Assembly (NCBI RefSeq): GCF_000372725.1
Contig: NW_005201338.1
Location: 166,041-230,040 of the forward strand
Reading direction: 5' to 3'
From: Emiliania huxleyi CCMP1516
Lineage: Eukaryota
DNA: 64,000 nt
A model generated the notes under the pieces. That model saw only the letters and a list, made by a program, of their open reading frames with translations, made no database searches and was not told the DNA's origin. Shown here piece after piece: positions 56,189-64,000 of this stretch. Both the position numbers and the translations under genes were made by a program. Each line of letters starts with the position of its first letter. Positions within the stretch are counted from its first letter, which is position 1.

Positions 56189-56626
56189 TCAGACTCGTAG
56201 GACTCGCCGTGAGTAGCTGGTGTCGTCGACGAAGTTGGAGCGGCGCCGACGCATCGGGGGAGGCAGCGAGAACGGCGTCCGGTCCCTCATCCTGCGAAAG
56301 AGGCTTGCTATGTTCCGCGAGACGAGGTCGGAAGCGCCGATTGAAGCGCCTTGAGGCAGAATGACGGCCCGCTGGTCCGGTATCTTGAGAGCGGGGCGAG
56401 GCGACGCCGTGCCTCGAGTGCGGCACGTTGGGCATCTCAACGGATGGTTCGCTGCCTTGCACGCCTTTGACCAGCGCACGGCACACGTGCGACAGAAGCT
56501 GTGCCCGCAACCGTCCCAAGCGACAGGGTCCGAGGCGTCGCTGAGGCAGATCGCGCACAGACACGCGTCATCTCGCCGCTGACGCCACGCGCGCTGGATC
56601 GTCGCGATGGCGGCCTCCATGTCCAT
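56189..56626 (-). CDS. Small C3HC4 RING-finger protein with N-terminal IQ-like motif
   Basis: AIATIQRAWRQRR; CAICL..DGCGHSFCRTC..RCPTCR. Confidence 0.72.
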   Translation of the reverse strand: MDMEAAIATIQRAWRQRRDDACLCAICLSDASDPVAWDGCGHSFCRTCAVRWSKACKAANHPLRCPTCRTRGTASPRPALKIPDQRAVILPQGASIGASDLVSRNIASLFRRMRDRTPFSLPPPMRRRRSNFVDDTSYSRRVLRV

Positions 56627-56932
56627 GTTCTACGGGCGCGATGCCCGAGGCGCTGGCCCACGGCGGCAACGACTCCCAAGCGTGATATTGCAACCTGGAC
56701 CGCCTCGGGCTGTCTTAAGGGCAACTTCACACCAGCCTGGCGCGGTCTACGTAACAACTGATTGAACCCTCCCGCACCCACTCCCCATACCGACACCATG
56801 TCTGGGGATGGGGAACCGACGCGCGGGAGGGATCATTTTGCGGTTTTTGGTGTTTTTTCTCTTTCTTGGCGGCTCTTCCGCGCCAGGCTGAGCGCTCCAT
56901 AGCCTCTCCTCGCAACGACCACACAGCTCGCC

Positions 56933-59900
56933 ATGCCGACCCGCAGCGCCGCTCGTGCGACGGACACGTGAGCAGCACCCACCGCGCCCGTCCCTGCGAC
57001 GCGCGGCCGCACAGCAGCCTTTCGCAGCCGCCCACCCCTCTACGCTCGCCGAACGGCTGGCCCTGCCTTTGCTACTCTCAGGATCACTCCTCTCGAGATG
57101 GTGAGCGTCCTCGCTGATCCCACGGCGTTTGGCTACGTGGAATGTGTCTGGTATGCGCTCGAGCCGCTGCCGAGCAACCCACAGCACTCGTTCTGCGACC
57201 GCTTTGGGCTGAGCATGACCGAGCTCGACACCTTGCTTACTCATACCGATCCGTCCTTCTTCCCTGGCGCATTGAAGGAGCTCAAGTCGCTGCGCGAAAG
57301 CTCCTTCAAGGCGAGCATCGTAGCGGCGTGCGGGTCAACGGCACCTCCAGTCTTCAAGCAGACGGTTCGCAGCACTGCGGCGCTCGAGCGCGCTGCCGGC
57401 GCCGTCGGCGGCGTCTCGTGCGCAAACCGCTAGATGCGACCACACACCACGCTCACGACATGTCATTCGCACCTCCCGCGTTGCTATACCTCAGAACACC
57501 GCTCTGGCCCGCGCTTGTCACAGTCTGCACCCACACAGCGACGTGCGGCTCTGCACGCGCCGCAGGTGGGTGGCCTTTGGGCGGCAGCCGGACGTCACCC
57601 CGCAGCAGCAGGTCGACGGCCACGCGGACTCTGTTCAACCCGGCGCCGTCGGCCGCAGAGTCCTCGCTCGACTCGTCGAGGCCCGGCCCGCCCACGAGGC
57701 GACACGCGGGCCTCTCGCAGTCGACGATGCAGCAGCAGCAGCGACGCCTGGGACCGAAGGAGACGATGAGGACGAGTCAGCGCTCTGCTCGCTCCTAGAC
57801 ATAGCCGCCGCTCTCGGGGAAGCTGGCGTCGCCATCGACTTCAAGGGCATGTCCAACAAGCGACTCGGCTCCGTCATTCGCCTACCGCTAGGCGGCGCCT
57901 CGGGCTCGACGCAGCGGGCAACGCTAAGGGAGGGAGGAGCGGCCATAGTGCGAGGCATTGCTTCGAGCCTCAACCCGGATGGCTCGGGAACGGCGTCCCT
58001 GATCGCCGCCGCGCTGGTCCCGCCGCCGTCTCTCGAGACGAGGCAGCGTGTGGCTGCTGACCGCGCCGTCACCGAGAGCCTGGTGGGGTCGTACCTCGAC
58101 GCGGTGAAGAGGAAACTGCCAAAGCGCGAGCAGCGCCAGCGCCTGTCGGCTCTCGTGCCCACGATCGGTCAGCATGGCTACACGCTGCCCATGCTCAAGC
58201 GCGAGCTAAACATCAACATCTCAAGGTGCGCCGCCCGTGCGCGCCTATGCTAGCTCTCGGTGCCCTGGGGAGACGAAAAGAACCCCCTGTCGGTGGAGAG
58301 AGCGCGGTGACGGCGCCCATGCTTCGCACCCCGCGCCCTCCGCAGGTTCGAGTACCGCGCGACCCGCCTGCACGCGCTGACCTTTGGCCCCGCGGCGTCG
58401 GCTGAAGACGATCGGCCGAAGCCACAAGGCGTGAAGAGCGCAGCGCTTAAGGATGCCATCGCCTTCCTCTACTCGCCTGATAATATGCAGCAGGTCGCGT
58501 TTGGGACGATGTCGATCCGGCTCAGCAACGGAGATGTAATGGAAGTGCCTGCAACCATGCGGACGAAAGCACGTGAGCAGATCTACATGGACTACGCCGA
58601 AGCCAGGCGCAATCCGCGTGGAAAGACGTGGTTCGGACCAAAGCATAAGCAAGGATCCTTCCGGTACGATGGGCTCGGTCGGACTAAGTTTCTAGAGGCG
58701 GCCGTGCTAGCAGCCAAGGGCGACCTGAAACAGCTCGGAGCGCTCGACGCCGTCTCGGAGTTTTGCGGCCGTATGCAGTTCGAAGTCCTCCGTAAAATCG
58801 TCCGTGAGCTAGCTGCGCTCTGCCCCAGCGATTGCAGCTCGTTCGAGAAGCCTATCTTGGATCGCATCGACGCGGTGGAGGTGCACGTAAAGCGCCAGCT
58901 GAAAGCGCACCTCGGTCATGCAGATGCGGCCAAGTGCGCGTGGCACTGTGCAAACCACGCGCACGCTGACGCCTCTGGGGCGGATAAATCGCGCCCGGCG
59001 CCCTGCACGCACGTGCACGCACAGGGCTGCATGGAGTGTGCTCAGCTCGCGGCGCTGCAAGCCGATCTCGACGTCCTCCTGACTGCCGCCGAGCGCTGCC
59101 TGCAGCGAAACCTCCCTAGCCCGGCGGCGGCTGCTTCCCTAGCCGTCGGCTCGTACGTCGCCTACACGGACGAAGCCGGCCTCACGCACTCAACGGTGGT
59201 CCGGGAGGTGCACCCGCCCGAGGGCGGCGCCTTTCCCCCTCCTCCTGCTGCCCCGGCCGTCACCCCTGCGGCTGGACGCACGCGGGCCTGCGCGGCTGCA
59301 GCGCCTGCCACACCCGCCGCCGCTGCTCCAGCGGCCGCAAACCAGCCCGTGGCGGCCACGACCGCCGTTGATCCGAACTACTACACGGTCGACAGCGGCT
59401 TCGAGGGCGGGAGGCGGCGAGTCCCCGCCTCGGCTCTCTCCCCCCGAGTCTCCGAGCCACGTCTAGAATCGCTGACCCAACTGCGAGAGCTCGTGCGCCG
59501 CGCTAGCGAAAAGCTCGACAGCTACTACCATCACATGGTCCGAGCAGCGCACGAGGCTGCTACTACCTCGCGTCTGCTCGAAGGGCTCGAGCAGGATCAG
59601 GCGCGGGCAGCCCACCTGCGAGACACACGGAGAAAGGGAGGTGAGGAGAGTCGCCCACGCGAACCCGAGAGAAGAGTGCGTCCGACCTCTACAGGTCCTC
59701 GTCATCGCCGACTGGAAAATGAAGTTCTTGATGAGCGTCTTCCGCGAGGCCATGTCCGAGTTCTTCGGCAAGCGCGGCATGCCTTGGCACGGCTGCATGC
59801 TTGTCCGGCGCCCGCTGCGCTTCGAGGCCGATCGTTACGGCGAGGGAGAGTTCGTCTGCGAGTACAAACATGCAATGATGCTCGCGTCGAAAGAGGACGG

Positions 59901-62133
59901 CTTTGCTACCCTATCCGCAGTGCACATCGCGCTCTCGGAGTACAAATCTGAGAACCCGCACGTCTCGAGCGCCTTGGTCAAGACTGACGGAGCCGCCGCA
60001 TACGCGGGCGCGACCTTCACCCTCGGCCTCTCCTTCCTGGGTGAGACGACCGGCATCGTCGTCCGCGGACACTTCATCGGCGAAGCTGGGCAGAATAAGT
60101 CTACTCTCGACGGCGAGTTTGCGGTCAGCGGGAGCCAGGTCCGCCGGCTCATCTGCAGCGGCCTCCACGACGTCCGCACGCCGTCAGACCTATTCCACGG
60201 GTTAGAGAAGGTGCTCTCCAAGCAGGGCGGCCGCACAGTCGCGCTCTTCCGGCCCGCCGGCAGCGAGGAGTTCGCCGTGGAGACGATCGCTCGCCTCACC
60301 CTGATGTCGGCCCGCGAGTACGTCTACGACGGGTCGGGGTCGTTCGAGGCGCTGCTGCTCCGCCGCCAGTCCTTCCTGGGGGAGGGGGAGCGGCTGACCT
60401 CGGCCGACCTCTTCCCGGACGGAAGGGTCGCGCCCACCGCGCCTCAGGTCGTCGCCTCGACGAGCCGCGGGGCGGCGGGCAGCTCGGGGCAGCACGAGCT
60501 CGTTGCACGAAGCGACGACAGGGGCCGCGAGGGCAAAGCGGACCGGAAGCTCGTCGCACGAAGCGACAGGGGCCGCGAGGCGCGGGCGAAGGCCAAGGCG
60601 GAGCGGAAGGAGGCGGCACAGGCGAAGGTGGCGGCGGAGCGCCGCCGTCTCGCTTCGGAGGCCTCGGTGGCGCGATCGACAGCGCGGTCCTACCGATGCT
60701 GCGACATGCCTGGCGGCATGCACGGCTGCGATCGAGTCTTTGTGCGCCTAGGGGCGTTAAACAGGCATCTGGAGCAGGGTCGCACCAACCCGGATGTGCA
60801 CCAGTCCGGTTATGTCCGATGCTACCCCGCCGGCGCGCCTGTCGGCAGGGCGAGCGCCGGCGACGTGCTTGCGCGAGCGGTTGCCGCACAGGCAGGGCGT
60901 GTCACCATCCACGGCGGCGAGGGCGGCATCGCCTCGCCCACCCTCTGCCCGGTGGCCGAGCTGCAGCTGACGCTGTGCGATGGGACCGTGTGCAAGCCGA
61001 CCCCTCCGGAGGCTGGCTATGCCGGTAACCAGCAGGGGCGGTCGAAGCCGCGCCGCAAGTCTGCCATGCAGCTGACCTACGTCCTACTCGTCGGCCACGA
61101 CGTGAAGGACGAGAAGGGGTACGAGAACCTGCACGGGCACGAGGCGAGCCAGCTCATGCTGGAGTGGGGCACGGCCGGCTTTGCCAGCCGTTTTGCGGGG
61201 GTTGGCAATGCGGCGGCCACGCAAGACGGGCAGCCGCACCTGCCGCGGACGGCGCAACTCTCGGCGAGCGAGCTCACGCCGCTGCTTATGCTGCCCCGGG
61301 CGAAGCTCGAGGCTCGCATCCTGAAGCTGAAGGCAAAGGAGCGGCGCCCCTGGGTCGCCGCAAAGACGAGGAAGCGGAAGCGCAGCGCCGTCCCTGCCGG
61401 CCGCAAGCAGAAGCCCGACAGCGCGGCCATCCTGCGCTCGGCGCGCGTCAAGCTTCGGCGCGCGGGCTGGGACATCGCCGCCGCAGTCGGGCAGAGGGGC
61501 GGGCGGCGGGCGGACCGCCTCACCGTCCCGGAGCTGAAGGCTCTCGTGGCAGGCCGCGGCTGGAAACTGGGGAAGGGTGAGAAGGCCAACCAAGGCCCCC
61601 TGCTTGCGCTCGCCGAGCGGAAACGCAAAGAGGCGCGCGACGCGCACGCTGGCCGCCACGGCGGCGTCGCCCGGCCTGAGGACGGCCTGGACGAGTGCTG
61701 GGCGCCTCAGCCCGAGGATGAGGTGTCAGACGACGGCGCGGGCGGCTCGGAGGCGAGCGGCTCGGGCGCCGCCGGCGCTGCAGGCGGTGCGGGCGGTGTG
61801 GGCGGTGCGGGCGCGGGGGGCGTAGCAGGCGCGAGGGCGGAGGCCGGCACGGCTGGGGAGCCGGCGGGCGACGGCTCGGCGTCGGAGGGAGAGGCTACAG
61901 GTGATGTCGAAATGGGTGAGGCATGCGGGGACGCCGAGATGGCAGAGGCAGGGTCGGGGAGCGGCGGCGGCGGCGGTTGCGACGGCAGCGACGGCAGCAG
62001 CAGCAGTAGCAGCAGCAGCAGCGACGATGACAGCGACGACGCCGACGGACCTGACAGCAACTGTGAGGGAGAGGGAGAGGATGTAGCGTCGTCCGAGTCT
62101 GAGAGTGAGTCTGGGGATGAGGGTGAGGAGTAG
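56933..62133 (+). mobile_element. Intron-containing DDD transposase gene, Sola3-like
   Basis: QQVAFGTMSIRLSNG..VPATMR, LGALD, CAWHC..CTHVH..CMEC, YYHHMVR, IADWKMKF..REAMSEFFGKRGMPWH, KTDGAAAY, EAGQNKSTLDGEF and a C-terminal C2H2-like finger. Introns include about 56968-57081 and 59601-59694. The superfamily label is from recalled motif similarity. Confidence 0.75.
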
Positions 62134-63231
62134 CCGCGCGGTGGAGTGTACGCTCGCTGTTTACTCGATCCGCGCGTGTGTCGACAAGGGAGAAAACGGC
62201 CACGAGAAGAGGAGGGCACGCGTGACACCTGAGCGAGCCCGCCACAGCTGGCTCTTTCACCTGCAAGTACGAAGTAGCAGACGCTAAGGCGCGCAGTAAG
62301 TGGCCGACATGGCAAGGTCAGCGCGCATTTGCGCCACGCATCGCGAGATGGAGGGAGTACTGTAACCTACAGAGAGAGGACCTGCAGCCGCCAGACGCGA
62401 CGATTCGCACGAAGGAGTGACTCGCCCGCGGCTTGCCGCACTGCACTCGCAGATATGCCCTCCGGGCGGAGGTTGAGCACTAGCCGCAAGGCACACGACC
62501 GCGGCCAGTGCTCAACCTGCAGCACCGGGCCTACAGCGAGGAGTGATACGGTGATTGACGAGGCAGTGGTTCATGCGGTGGTGGAATCGGTGTCAAAACC
62601 GAGCCAACAGGCTGAAACGGCACGGGAGCTCACAGTGTGCCTCACTGAGAGTCTCGCGGGTGCTCCGAGGCGAGCAGAGCGCGAGGGCCGATGGCATGTG
62701 AGTCTACGTAGACGCCTCATACTTCGGCGGGGCTAGTGCAGGACGCAGATGGACGAAGACCGAGTCGACGGCCTGCCCCAAAAATCAAGAAAAAATGCTG
62801 CGGCCGAAATCTCGATTTTTAAGCTATCAGGGGGTGTTTCTGGGACTATATGCGACCACTTCACCCGCCCCGGGAGGACTGGATCAGTTGCGACCTATCT
62901 TGCACCATCCTGGTGTTAAAACCTACGAGATTGCAGGTTCAGTCCTCGTTGTGCTCTCGCCTCGGGGTTTGGCGCAGCGAGAGATGAGAGCTGCCCCCGC
63001 GCGTGCCCTCTCGCCTCTCGCCCCACAACCACCACTGCAGCGCGTGCGAGCGCGTGCATGGCTGCACGCCGTGCTGCGACCGCCGCGCGAGCGGCTCGCT
63101 CCGAGCGCCGCGAATCTGGCACAATCGGATTGCCGGTCTGAGCGCTGCTGGGCGCGCGGCCGCGGGTCGTCTCCGTGCCACTGCGCCCCCGCGACCCCCA
63201 AAACAAGCCCGCGCCGTGCTCATCCCATTTT

Positions 63232-63689
63232 ATGCTGCTGACGCTCGCGCCCGCCGCCGCCTGCGCCCTCGCAGATCCAAAACAACGTGGGCGAGGCGGG
63301 TGTGCCGCGGTGTCCTTGGTGCTGGGCCTCAAGCTGCGTGCGCTGCGAGTAGGTGCGGCACTTCTCTAACCCCCTACTGCGAACGGCGCCTTCTCTTGAC
63401 CGCCAGCCCTCCAAACACCGGAATATGGTTTCGTACCTCGATCGAGTGCCCGCGGGGTGGCTGCTATTGCCGCCGCCAGAGCCGCCGCCCTCGCCGCCCT
63501 CGCCGCCCCCACCGTCCTCGCCGCCTCCACCCTCGCCTCCACCCTCGCCGCCTCCGTCGCTGCCCCCACCGTCCTCGCCGCCGCCGCTGCTGCCGCCCTC
63601 CCCACCGCCTCCGTCGCTTCCCCCTCCGACCTCGCCGTCGCCCCAGCGACCGCCGCCCTCGCCGCTGCCGCCGCAGCCGCCCTCGATGC

Positions 63690-63720
<31 letters not shown>

Positions 63721-64000
63721 GTCGCCGCCTCCACCCTCGCCTCCACCCTCGCCGCCTCCACCCTCGCCGCCCCCCACGCCGCCGCCACCATCGCAGCCCC
63801 CGACGCCGCCCCCGCCCTCAGCCCCGCCCCCGCCGCACTCACCGCCGCCGCCCTCGTCGTCGCCCTCGCCGCCGCCGCCCTCACACCCGCCGCTGCTGCC
63901 GCCTCCGTCGCTGCCACCCTCGCCGCCGCCGCCCTCGCCTCCAGTCGCGCCGCCCCCGTCACCGCCGACCTCGCCGCCGCCGCCCTCATCTCCACCCTCG
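63232..64000 (+). CDS. 5' part of a secreted Pro/Ser-rich (extensin-like) protein, continues beyond window
   Basis: Signal-like MLLTLAPAAACALA, then (PPSPP)n-type codons from about 63465 to the window end. Confidence 0.55.

Overview
Eukaryotic nuclear DNA. Very high GC, many short introns with GC-AG boundaries and (CCCTAA)n telomere-type tracts suggest a haptophyte, most likely Emiliania/Gephyrocapsa huxleyi (inferred, not searched). There is one 100-N assembly gap at 21684-21783. About 18 host genes are recognisable: a Myb+SAM protein, a LysM+Agenet/Tudor protein, a YrhK-like membrane protein, a large trithorax/MLL-type H3K4 methyltransferase with an N-terminal MBD-like domain, a BRF1-like TFIIB factor, a JmjC hydroxylase, a bacterial-type HchA glyoxalase III, a TIP41-WD40 fusion, an AAAP amino-acid transporter, Sqt1/AAMP, a ferric reductase/NOX-like protein, a GH37 trehalase, a TPR protein, a TBC Rab-GAP, a RING protein and secreted proteins. 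Mobile DNA is abundant: a hAT-like non-autonomous element carrying a 180-bp satellite, two RT-less CRE-like restriction-endonuclease retroelement remnants, many 5'-truncated retroposon 3' ends, a TIR-bounded element, and an apparently intact Sola3-like DDD transposase. The three most notable patterns are these. (1) At least four introns consist of a 13-25 bp exon duplication plus filler DNA (AT microsatellite, telomeric, palindromic), i.e. apparent de novo intron birth by break repair. (2) Retroposon ends sit head-to-head just upstream of start codons. (3) An RT-less element pairs an RNase H1 hybrid-binding domain with a PD-ExK nuclease. All domain calls are by motif recognition only, and exon boundaries are manual and approximate.
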